This document shows, in pieces, positions 25,827 through 37,031 of a DNA stretch of 64,000 bases (position 1 is the stretch's first letter; each line of letters opens with the position of its first letter). This DNA comes from Phyllobates terribilis. Lineage: Eukaryota. The notes under the pieces were generated by a model. It had not been told where the DNA came from. It saw nothing but the letters and a program-made list of their open reading frames with translations, and did no database searches. Both the position numbers and the translations under genes were made by a program. The DNA lies in assembly GCF_046119375.1 (NCBI RefSeq), contig NW_027366690.1, positions 1 to 64,000 on the forward strand, given 5' to 3'.

Positions 25827-25907
25827 GTAGCCAAGATTTACATTCCATGTTTTGTATATATTCATGTTCTTAATTCCTGGTGATGTTATTACAGAGTGTA
25901 ATGTTTA

Positions 25908-27113
25908 TTAAGGACTATAGATAGGGATTTCTTCATCCATGTCAAGTCCAAGCCAGCTAGTTAGAGCAAAGAGAAATTCTCTAAAGGTGACACTCCCATT
26001 CTTGTCTTTGTCCATCTCCTCTGGTAAAAGGAAAGAAAAAAACCAATGAACTGTCTAAGACTCTAAATTGGCACAGAGAAATGAGAAACATTGTAGTATA
26101 GAGAGCGCGACGTACTGAATCGAGTCCTAGTGACATGAGCAGGTGACTTCTCCCATGGAGTATCATCAAGAGAATTGATCATGTCTCTTTTGTTAATCTT
26201 TCCATCTTTGTTCTTATCCATATACATGAAGGCTTCAATCATTGTATCAAACGTGCCTTCTAGCTCACCGAATCCCGTTTGAGAACTCTGAAACCAATCA
26301 CATACTCATTCAAAAATTGATAAGGCTGTTAGTGAAGAATGCAATGGATAAGAGTGGGAGGAAGTACAGTGTCATTAGAGTTAGATGGTTTAGTGAGGAG
26401 ATAGCAAAGGCAAAGGAGAGTTGCAAATCCATTGAAGTTTATCCCTCCAATCCCTTTGCAGTCACATGAACAGAAAAGATCGTCAACATCCTGCTCTGCT
26501 AGATTAATCTGCAACTTCTGTATGCATTTTTCGAGCTCGTTTCGGTTGATAATTCCATCACCATTCTCATCTGAGAAATGATAAAAGGTAGTAATTCAGA
26601 TTGCATAATTTTTTCGAAGTGTTCTCTTTTCGGAAAGGCTCGAGGGATGTGGTATGTAGGAACTACCGTATTGCTGAAAAACAACTCTAATGTTGTGAAG
26701 TTGATCTTTAAAATGAGGAAACCTCAAGATCAGGCCGCTCATCGATCTGAAGTATTTCTCTGTAGAACATCTTTTTCTTGCTTCAATAATCTTCTTTTCA
26801 ACTTTGGCATCCAATTGTTTGTACTTATTTGTGTTATTTCTTCGGCAGAATATTTCACCCACTTTGTTACTGAGTGATCTCAAAGCTGGGCATGAATCAG
26901 ATTTTCCTTCAACCACAGAAAGTCTATCAATATAAATACTTTTTTAGTTTAGTTCGTGAAATATAATTCTAGAAACAAGATGGTAGCTCATAAAAAGCAG
27001 CGTAGGATTATTTGGCTAATCTTGGCATATGACAAGAGTATTAAATTCAATCACCTACATAAGTAGTATAAGAGAGAAGAAAACATACCACTTGAAGATG
27101 AAAATTTCTCCAT
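25908..27113 (-). CDS. CML22: Calcium-binding EF-hand protein CML21/22 family, ~250 aa
   Basis: Exons 27113-27089, 26906-26667, 26570-26368, 26287-26116 and 26020-25908 have GT-AG junctions with consistent phases (753 nt). Motifs include KYKQLDAKVEKKIIEA, DENGDGIINRNE, DKNKDGKINKRD and DKDKNGSVTFREFLFA. Confidence 0.88.
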
Positions 27114-27452
27114 TTTTCTTGAGGTAGGAAGGAAAATGAAGGTACCATACAGATAGGCAAAGAAGAAGGAAAAGGCACCTAAACAATGGAGGTGAATAAA
27201 GTAACAATAAAGCATACTAAAGAAAAAAAAAATACTGTATTTGGTTCTTTCCCAATACTAGTGGAAATATGCCTTCGGAAGGATTTGAGAGGAAGCTTCG
27301 CCTCTCTTAATATGTATGCAAAAGAATTGGGCACTGACATACTGAAAAACGTGGAATAAAAATGACAGAAATCGACTCATTAAGTTCGAAATTGCTATAC
27401 AGATAGATGATCATGTTACATTTCAAGAGAAATTCACTATACTTAGCTCATC

Positions 27453-28983
27453 CTACATAGTACTCATCATCCAACCAACTTCACAGTCATGCATATTTCC
27501 CTCTGTAGGCATAAGTTCTCCGTGACTAAACACCGGTCTTGATCGTTTCTTGACACTACAAGCTAGAGGAGAAATTGGACTTCCGATTGAAGTCAAGCAG
27601 CTATCCATTGAACAATCACCAATTCTGATTGGCATGTTGCAGAAGTTTCTGTTTACGTTAACGCCAGTTAGATCAGCAAAAGATGGCATTTTCAACTGTT
27701 CAGGAATTTCCCAACTGTTATTACACTCATTGAAAGCCTTGATTGCCATATCAGAGAGGTGTTCGCGTGTAGTTTCAAGCCCGGCTGATGCTAAAGCGTG
27801 GTCATTCATGACTTTGAAAGCTTTATCCAGCATTAATTGAAGGTATTTGCCTTGTGCTTCCATTTGAATCTGGAGATGGCGCTGGACCTATTGACGTAGA
27901 TTTAGTAATAAGACACAATTTCAAGAAGGGAATTGGTAATGCAGAAGAGATTACCTCCAATTGCTCATGTAATCTTCTTTGAACTTCCATTTGCATCCTT
28001 AATGCTTCAGTGACTTGTACACCACTGTTCAAAGACGAAACAAGAAATGAGTTCAGGCTTGTCATTTGTTATTCAAAGTCTCCTCAAGAAAATTCATGTG
28101 ACATACTCATTTGACTCCTGGGAGATTGCGTTTGGTGGTGGAGATGATGGGGAAACATTTTCTTGAGCTTCTGCGTCAGAAGTTGCTAGTCCTAATACCC
28201 AAGGTGAAGATATTAGATTATACAAAAAAATACCCATGAAAGGCACCAAGAAAACAAGATGAAAGATCAATCATTACCATCTTTTGAGTTTTCATTCGCT
28301 TCCTTGTTGCATGTTTGTCTACCTAAACGGTATTTCTGCAGTAGCGTAGGACAATGAAGAACATACTTAGCAAATTTCAGAGCATCATCTTTTAGAATTA
28401 CCAAACATGTCATAGCTCTGCATGAATATAGAGTTACTCAAAAAGACCAGTGGAATTGAAAGAGAAGGCTTTATTAATAGAATACCTGAAGATGAGACTT
28501 CAAGTGGTATAAAGTAAGGCCCTTTACACCCATTGTTCTGAGAATGGTCTTCGGCGTGGCTTCTGCAAATAAAAGAAGAAAGTAAGGAGATGAATTAAAA
28601 AGCAAGAAAATCATGGACGTATTATGATCTAGTGGATGTAAACCCTAGCTTGCAAATGAATGAAATTCACGAACAACGAAATAAATTGAGCGAATTGACT
28701 CAATTACGAATGAAAATGAGCATTGATACAGAGGGGCACCAATTTGAAACCGAATGCAGTGAAATTGAAGAGGACGGAGATAGAGAGAAAGTGGAAACTA
28801 ACTGTCAGGGCCACCGAGCTGAGCGACGGCGTCAACAAATCGATCATGGAGATCAGGAGTCCAACGGAGACGAGGCCTCGGGTCAGAGGTCAACACCACG
28901 CAAGCTTCTCCTCCTCCTATTCCACTCATTTCCTGCAATCCTAGCGATTCCATGCTAATACCACCGGCCATTGCCGAAAACAT
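27453..28983 (-). CDS. MYB-CC (GARP, PHR1-like; PHL2/PHL3-like) transcription factor, 301 aa
   Basis: Exons 28983-28803, 28562-28486, 28335-28278, 28191-28107, 28024-27955 and 27887-27453 total 906 nt in frame. Motifs VLTSDPRPRLRWTPDLH, LYHLKSHLQKYRLG and LHEQLEVQR. Confidence 0.93.
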
Positions 28984-29525
28984 ACTGTTTCTTCTTAATT
29001 TCCCTAGTTTCCTGAAATAACTAGTTCTATTCTTTCACTACAAATCCCCCACAGCTGAAGTCAGCCAACCGATATGATATAAATCACATAATCAGTCAAG
29101 TAAGGAAGCGAATAGAAGCAAAATTGGTGGTTCCGGTGGACTGCAGAAACAGAAAAATTCAGTTTCCGAGACGAGGACAATTCAGAGAGAGAGAGAGAAA
29201 CGCCTAGAAGGAGAGATGGTTGGCAAGTCACAAGCTTTTTTGCCGCCCTTTCCAGAGATAGACTTGTCAAGAGACAAACAGAAGACGGACAGAAAAAGAG
29301 AAAGCGAGAGGAAGACTGGAGAAAGAGAAAGAGAGGGAAGAAGGAAAATGAATGAGTAAAAAACGCTTTCGTTGTATTTCTCTCTCTTCGAGTCTCTGGT
29401 CCAGAACTGACTCCACCGCTGCGTGGTTTATGAGTTGTCTTCCAGTTTTGTCTTGTCTGGCGTCCGTTGTCCCTGTCACTCCCTCCTTCCCTTCCCAAGT
29501 GGACCATTAAAAAGTTGTTACAATT

Positions 29526-29589
29526 TGGGCTGTTTAATATTGGCCCAAAAACAAAGTTTGATTGGGCCCAAAACTGAAAACTCGGCCCA
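29526..29589. promoter_or_regulatory. Cluster of site II (TGGGCY) motifs in the divergent PHL/NDUFAF7 promoter
   Basis: TGGGCT at 29526, GGCCCA at 29542, palindromic TGGGCCCA at 29563 and GGCCCA at 29584. Confidence 0.55.
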
Positions 29590-29764
29590 AACCTGTAGAC
29601 AGCTCTGCGAATCCGCGATGGTGGACAATGGAGGACTTCGGGGGGGTTTGCAGAAACAGCTTCAGCTGGCTGGGTTTTTTGGGTTCTGATAGCAGAGGAG
29701 AGTAGTAAAGCAAAGGAAAAGGGCCAGAAATCATGGCGGGCTTCTGCTTGTCGAAATCTTATCT

Positions 29765-32700
29765 ATGCTGTTCTTCTTCTCCTCCAGCTCGTCAAGAGGT
29801 ACTTCTGTTCACGTTTGTTAATTGTTTGATCTGATCTTCTATTGCACGTACGCCAGATTGTAAGATAAAAGCATGAGTTGTGATGTGATATTTTCGTGGC
29901 AGCGTATTCTCGGCGATGTTGTACATTCTTCTCAACCGCTCACATTGTCCGGGATGAGCCGATTCTGGTTCGGTTTTCATCTGATTATGCGATTGTATTT
30001 GATTTTGGTGGAAATTTTTAGTTTTTGATTGTTTATTATGTGTATAATAGGTTCGCGATTTCATACATTCAGCACTTTATGACCCAAACCACGGCTACTT
30101 CTCTAAAAGTTCTGCTTCAGTTGGTGTTCTCGATTCCAGTATCAAGTTCCATCAACTTCAAGGTCTAGATTTCATTTCCTCCGTTTTTCCTGTTTCTGTA
30201 TGCTCCATCCATATTCCATTGACTGATAAACCATCTGATAGGCATATTGTCTTATTGAATTATTTTATTGCTTGCTCAAATGTATAGTAAATTGTCTCCT
30301 CGTGTACTGAACTTGGAAGAACTCAGGCAGGAAAGCGTATTTGCATCATTTGGATAAGATCTATAAGCAGAGTGACACATCTTGGTTTACACCTGTGGAG
30401 CTTTTCAAGGTATTTTTTTAATGAAAAAGCTTCTTAGATCTTACTGTTTGAAGATCTCTTATGATACATATCTAGGCGGCATAATATGGACTGTGATTCT
30501 TGTTTTTCCAAAATGTTTTATATACTCGATTCTTATACTTGAATTGCTTGTGGCAGCCTTGGTATGCTCATGGAATTGCTGAAGCTATTATGCGCACTGC
30601 TAACCTATCAGTTCCCCTCAAAGTGAGTTCTCCTATCCACTTTCATTTTCTCAGCTGAAGCTGCTGAATACGTTTTATTCTTATCTACTTGTAATCTATA
30701 TCTAGTCTGTCATTATCACTTGCTTTTGTTCATAGTTTTTCATTGAATATTTAAATGTTGAGACGCTTCAAGATATTATGCTGTGAACTTATATGTGGCT
30801 ATCACTTATCAGTATGCTCTTCCGACTTATGCCTTGCTCTACCTAAGCACATCCTGTATCTTCCGTTTCTTTTATTGCAGATATATGAAATTGGTGGAGG
30901 GTCTGGAACCTGTGCAAAAGGCATAATGGACTACATCAAGTTAAATGCACCTCAACGAATTTATGATAGTATGAAGTACATGTATGTAACCTGATACGAT
31001 ATCAGCTAAGTCAGATTATCTAGTTTGTAAATTCAGTATTTCTTTGTATTTCTTGTTAATTAAATTAGGAGTCAGCATTAGAAATTCATGATAAATAATT
31101 TCAGGCAGTTAAGTTAGTAGTGGGATAGTTTGAGTTAGTGGAAGTAGAGGGTTAGTGTTCTCCCTAATTTGGTATTTAAGGCCTGTTCCTTTCAGTTTGT
31201 AATCATTCTTGAATTAATGAAAGAAAAGAGTATGTAGGTGTTCCTACTCAATATCTGGTTTCACCAGTGGTTTCCTCTTGGTTAGTCCTACCTTATAAGA
31301 AACTTGTCAGGGGAAAGTGGAAAAACTGAAGTTTAAGGTCCCGCTCAATTGTGATAGCTAAGACAACTTGCTCATACAACGGAGCACTTTCTTGAATGTG
31401 CAAGTTTGACAATTTGATAGGAATGCAGTTATCTTTCCTACTTAATGCAGTTCAGTAGAAATCAGTTCATCACTGGCTGAAAAACAGTTGGCAACCATCG
31501 GCCAAGTTTCCAGTCACTTGTCAAAATTCGAAGTTGAACGCCGGGATGCAGCTGACCGAAGTGGATGGGGTATGATTCATCTATGCTCACTTATCCCCCT
31601 TTTTATTGGGCGCTACTTTTTTTTAATATTGATAAAAAGTTCGATCCTAGAATATCTCCAATAATTTAGAAAACTGCTTTTAACAGATAATTCTATAGGA
31701 CATAATCTTCAGGCTTGCTCCTCTTTGCAAGATTTACTATGGCTCTAAATTCTCCATTCAAACAATCATTTCATTTACTACTTCTGAATGACCAATCTAA
31801 TATAAAAGCAAGTTATCAGATCCATTGGGACATATCCCGACTATATGAACTCAAAGTTATATTTTCAAGCACATTCTCACTCAAGAGGATTGTGGGTCAT
31901 AGATTGTGTTACCATCAGTTGTCCCATTCATCCCGCTTTTGGAAATGTGCCACTGAACTTAATTTTTTATGTTTTTATGATTATGTACCTAATTTTCATG
32001 GTATTTATTTTATTTTTACTCTTAACTTGGTATGCAGGTGATGTTCAGCAACAACCATGCTGGGTGATAATGCTTGAGGTTTGCGATTTCGGAACATATT
32101 ACTTTTGCATTACAAGATAGCACTTCAGCTTCTATTTAACAAGAAATAGTTTTACCGTTTACAGTTTGATCAGCAACTTATTTTTCTAGGTGTTAGATAA
32201 TCTTCCTCACGATCTCATCTTTTCTGAAGATCAAGTTTCCCCATGGAAGGAAGTGTGGGTTGAGAAGCATCCGGATAGGTAGCCATAAAAACCTAACTTC
32301 TCATATGCAAATAACATATCTTAGTTCTCTTGTTCACACTGTAGTTTTAATCTCCCTTTGCATTGCTCTACATTGACAGATTATTACCTTCTGAGCTGTA
32401 TAGATCGGTACAAGATCCACTAATTAAACGTTGCATGGAAATATTAAAATTAGAATCTACAGCTGAAGGAAGCGTGTTGGCATCTTATGCAAAAACATTT
32501 GGGCTAAAGTCTCTCCCAAGCCTCGAAGATGCTGGCTACCAACAGGGTGCTTGGTAGGTAGTGTAATTTGTAATATTATGACTCTAATTAATGTCCTTGA
32601 TTTTATTTTAAGGTTTTTGATATTCTTGGATGCAGAAACTGATGGATGCCCTGCATAGTGCTGTACCTAAGATGTCTCTTATTGCTTCAGATTTCAGTTT

Positions 32701-34023
32701 TCTTCCTGATGTCAGATTACTAGGTCACGGAGCTCCTTTAGTTTCTAGTAAGGTATTCAATTTTCTTTTCTAATTCAGTATCTTTTAGTGAACGAATGAA
32801 AGAAACCAGCTGCAAGTCTAATACATAATATGCACACTCCCTTATTGTCCTTTTTCCTTTCTTTGCTTAATTTAATGATCACTGCTCCATTTTTTAGATA
32901 ATTAACCACTTAATAACTAGTCATGTTTTCCGTGCTTAACTTTGTGTTTACAGCAGAGAAGATGTGAAACTATAATTGTATATTAATAACTTTGTGCTTA
33001 ACTTAGTTACTATTAATTGAATTGTTACTTTTTTTTTAATTTTTCCTAAATTCTGCAGACTATTGGAGTCTGTGTTAGTTTTCCTAGTTTGCAGTTAGTT
33101 AACACCATCCTATAGGAGAGTTACTGGGGTCTATTTAAGCCATTTTACAGTAATCTTTGTAATGGGTTTATGAATTATCAACAGAAAAGAGTGTCCGTGC
33201 ACTTTCCTCTTCTGATTTTACTCACATAGAGTGGTTTCCTTTAGTCTACTCAAATGTTATTTATCAACTTCGGTAAAACTTGTTGTAATATGATGTCTGC
33301 TTTCAGGATTGTTTCTATCATTCTATGGTAAATATTACATAGAGAGTTGTCTGAATCAAATATTTGTAAATAGAGACTATAAAAGTTCTTTTAAGTTTCT
33401 AAAATCAATCTCATTTGCAAATGAAACTCACAGAAAGGTGGAAGCAGTTCGGATTATGACAGCTACCTTGAGGCAAAGGTAAGCTTCTTAATTCTTATCA
33501 TGTAGACTTGCCTTTCTTCACGACAGACAAACCTGCATCTAATTCCATTTCATAAGTAAAGATATCATAAGTGCAACTGAGCATGCACATTTCACTGACG
33601 ATGGGTCTACTTATTATTGTTGCAGGGTGATGCTGATATATTCTTCCCAACAGACTTTTGGCTTCTAGAACAGATTGACCATTACTGCTCTAAAACACCG
33701 AAGGAAGAAAAATTAAAGCAGGGAAAGAAGAGGCGGGCAATGACTGTAAGTTAAGCTGTATACTTGTTACAACTGATACAATACAATGATTTTTTAGCTT
33801 TTGTATAACAAAACTCTACATTTCTTTTCTCAATTCTTTTATGTTTTTTTGTAATGTCTTTCACCTTCAAATTTTGCATACAATACAGCTTGATACCTCT
33901 GCGTTCATGGAAGAGTTTGGACTGCCTTCAAAGACGAGAACCAAAGATGGATACAACCCACTTTTGGATGACTTCAAAAACACAAAAGTTTATATTAGTG
34001 TTCCTACACATAACACTACGTAG
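29765..34023 (+). CDS. NDUFAF7: Protein arginine methyltransferase NDUFAF7/MidA homolog, mitochondrial; one apparent frameshift in exon 10
   Basis: Exons 29765-29798, 29903-29967, 30051-30162, 30327-30409, 30557-30622, 30881-30981, 31451-31569, 32038-32078, 32190-32278, 32380-32553, 32636-32752, 33434-33478, 33626-33745 and 33889-34023. Motifs VRDFIHSALYDP, WFTPVELFKPWY, IYEIGGGSGTCA, EVLDNLPHD and GDADIFFPTDF. Exon 10 is 1 nt short at the A5 run 32491-32495. Confidence 0.9.
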
Positions 34024-34838
34024 TAATCACTGGCTACTCTCCAGGTAAAGAGTACTCTGACTCGTACACTTCGAAGAAAAGAATATGAGAAACAAATAAA
34101 AAAAAGTTTCTTTCTCCTCTTAATGTTAGGAGTGATCTGAATCGTGATTTTCGAATAATTATATTGTCCTTTTGTTCTGTGAAATTGGTCAATTGTTTTG
34201 TTTGTATCTTGATTGTGGGATGACACTAGTAATATCGGGAAAGGAACAACTTTCAGTGATGAGCTGTGTACACTGTAGGCCCATATACCATGTAATTACA
34301 AGACAACCTTCCATTAAATTTAGCTATGTGTTCTTTTTCCTTCATGTAATCTTCTTTCTATTGAAGCTTCAAATCACTTGTACGAGTGTTATCATCAAAA
34401 CATATGTCAAGTGTTTATGAACTGCCTAGTTCAAGCTGAAGAACTGTATCAAAAGAAAAAGGAAAGAAAAACAAGCCATACAAGCTGAAGAAGTTGACCT
34501 TTGCAAACAAAAACATGGGATGGACCCTCTTCATTGATTAATTGTTCCTCATGTTTAATCATCTCTGACAAGTCAATCTTTTCCCTCCTTTTGGCACATT
34601 ACATTACATTAAATTGGGGCTCGTTGACCTTCCTAACATTCAAATATATATTTCATACCCTTACCCTACAGACAAAAAACATAAACTAGCTCTTATCTGT
34701 ATGGCATTATTCACCTCTGATTTCAGTGCCTAATACCAAAGCATTGCGACTAATCTGTGCTGGTTTAGATGTTTCCTTAAGTGCATTAGACTTGTCTATA
34801 AACCAATAATGTTTAACTAGAGAAGAACATCAAACGGA

Positions 34839-35997
34839 TCAATTTGCGGGGATGGAAGTCATTATCTGTTGCACTGAGCTCAGTATATCATCTGCTTCAA
34901 GCCTTGGTTTGCTACCAATCTGCACAAACACAACGAAATTGAATAATCTGCCCGAGTCTAATTAGAAACTGATATAATGAATATTCTTACTAGACACACC
35001 TTAACATTGAACAAGTAAAGAACAGTTTGATCAATGGTGGTAACATTAACATGGAGGATAGCAAACTCCAAATCTTGAAGTCCTGAAATAGCTTTAATCA
35101 ATTGTCCATGCCTCTTCTTCGTTAGGATCTTGATAAAGGCATTGAAACCGACGAGCTTGACTTCCACATCAGCAATGGCAGACTTGTTCCCTGCTGTTTC
35201 TTCATGGATTTCAACTAGACCAGAATTAGCCGAAATTTGGTAGGTGTTTGGACCAAAATACTGGCTGTTCGAAAGAGGCACACTGAGTCTTCGGCGTTTT
35301 TGAGACTCGAGAGATTGAAGGAGTTGCTCTAGTTCTCTCACGAACTCTATTGCTCCTCCTACTATTGATGCTTGATCTCCCTGAATAGATTTCAGTACTA
35401 TAAACATATAACTTATACATGATTCTGAAATAGAAACTACATAATGCAACCTCATAATAATTCATAACTCATAATATATGCATATAGAGAAAAGGATAAG
35501 TTTACCCTTTGGAGATAGGAGGCAGGCATGAGGGAACGAAGAAGGTGAAGACGCTCATTCATTTGCTTCCTTCTATTCCTTTCCACTGCAATGTGAGTCA
35601 TCCTTTGATTCTCTGCTTCCTCCCTCGTCTTGGCAGTTCGTGTTCTTCTCCTCTTACTATTTTTGCTTTTCTTTTTCATCACTGAATCCAAATAAGTAAT
35701 AGTAGTAGTGGCGGTGTTGTTCATCGTCATTATATGGTTTAGACTTCCACTTGCACTCAGAAACTCAAGAATGTAGCTATCATCATTAACATTCACATTC
35801 TCTCCATGATGATGCTCTTTGAGGGAGAATGGAGATCTGAGCATGTCAACAGGATCAACAAGTGTTGCATCTTGTTGATGTGAAATGGGCCTCGAACCGA
35901 AAGTATTAGGGGTTGATGGAGAGGAAGCTGGAATCATAGTGGAGTAGTTTAACTCAGACAAGGTTGGAGGAGCCATGGCGACAGCTGCCTCTAACAT
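34839..35997 (-). CDS. FAMA: Group Ia bHLH transcription factor, FAMA-like, ~317 aa
   Basis: Exons 35997-35506, 35380-35000 and 34919-34839 are in frame. [16 protein letters not shown]...[19 protein letters not shown]; FAMA-type C-terminal domain [15 protein letters not shown]...VLYLFNVKI. Confidence 0.8.
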
Positions 35998-36691
35998 GAT
36001 GATAAGTTTTTCAGAGCACAAAAAAAGGGAACTTTTTTGGGGAGTTGGTGAAGAAGAAATGAAAGAGGAGGAGGAGGATGACAGATAAATCTTAGTTGAA
36101 ATGACTTGTCAACGAAAAACATGGAGACAATGCAAGTCATGAATGTTAAGAAGCCTAGAGATGGAGTTTGTATATATTGGTGTAACTAGTATATAACTGT
36201 TTACCGAGTGCTTGTCTTGTTTCTCTATTTGGTACAAAGGACATATAAATAGGGATGGATGGGTTAAATCAGTAAAATTTATAGGGTAATAGGCTAATAG
36301 CAGTTGAATTTTGATAGCAAGCTTTAATACCAAAAGAGGGACCTACCTCATGAAAATTTACCGAGTGCTTCTCTTATTTCTCCATTTGGGTGTACTTTCT
36401 TGAAAAAATGACATATATAGAGGACTGAGTTAAACCAGTAAAACTGGTGGGTATCAATTGAAATGAGAACAAAAGTTTTTAATTTTGATGGTAAGCTTCG
36501 ATTTCGATAGAGGCCCTACTTAATGAAAAATAGTCTCTCGCTTCGTCTTCTTTGAATTATTTAAGCACGGATTCATGTCACTGATTAATCTAGATCCTTT
36601 CTTATAAACGTCTACCTGTAGAAGAAACTTAATTATGAGTTGGTAAATTTTTGTTTATCAATAAGTTGATAACAGAACAAAACATTACATG

Positions 36692-36941
36692 TTCTCCCTG
36701 AAACATATACCCCGGGTCTTACCCATTAAAATAAAGTATTTATTACCTAAAGTATATATCCGGGGCTTTAGACCGGCGTAATATCTATGAAAGTATATGT
36801 CCCGGACCTAAACCGGGGTATATTATATTATCCATGAAAGTATACAGTCCGGATTCCAAACCGGGTAATTATCCATTAAAGTATCCCGGTCTATAAACCT
36901 GATGATATTATTCCGGAGCTTAACCGGCCTATTCTCCCTGA
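36692..36941. repeat. Degenerate ~40-47 bp CCGG-rich tandem array bounded by a 10-bp direct repeat
   Basis: Five to six units of aaagtata..ccgg...aaaccgg...tatccat. ttctccctga occurs at 36692 and 36932. Confidence 0.7.
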
Positions 36942-37031
36942 CGAATACACTAGAAACAGGTGCAAATTTAGTTCAACGCTTTACAGCAGAACTCCACCTT
37001 CCTATCATCACCAATGTATTGTCAACAATAT

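Noticed and set aside
28632-29689. ORFs around PHL exon 1 and its 5' UTR (e.g. 29061-29507, 28632-28958)
   Set aside because: Non-ATG starts or low-complexity UTR/intron sequence with no recognisable domain.
36692-36941. CRISPR-like interpretation of the repeat array
   Set aside because: The units are degenerate with no unique spacers, there are no cas genes, and the context is eukaryotic.
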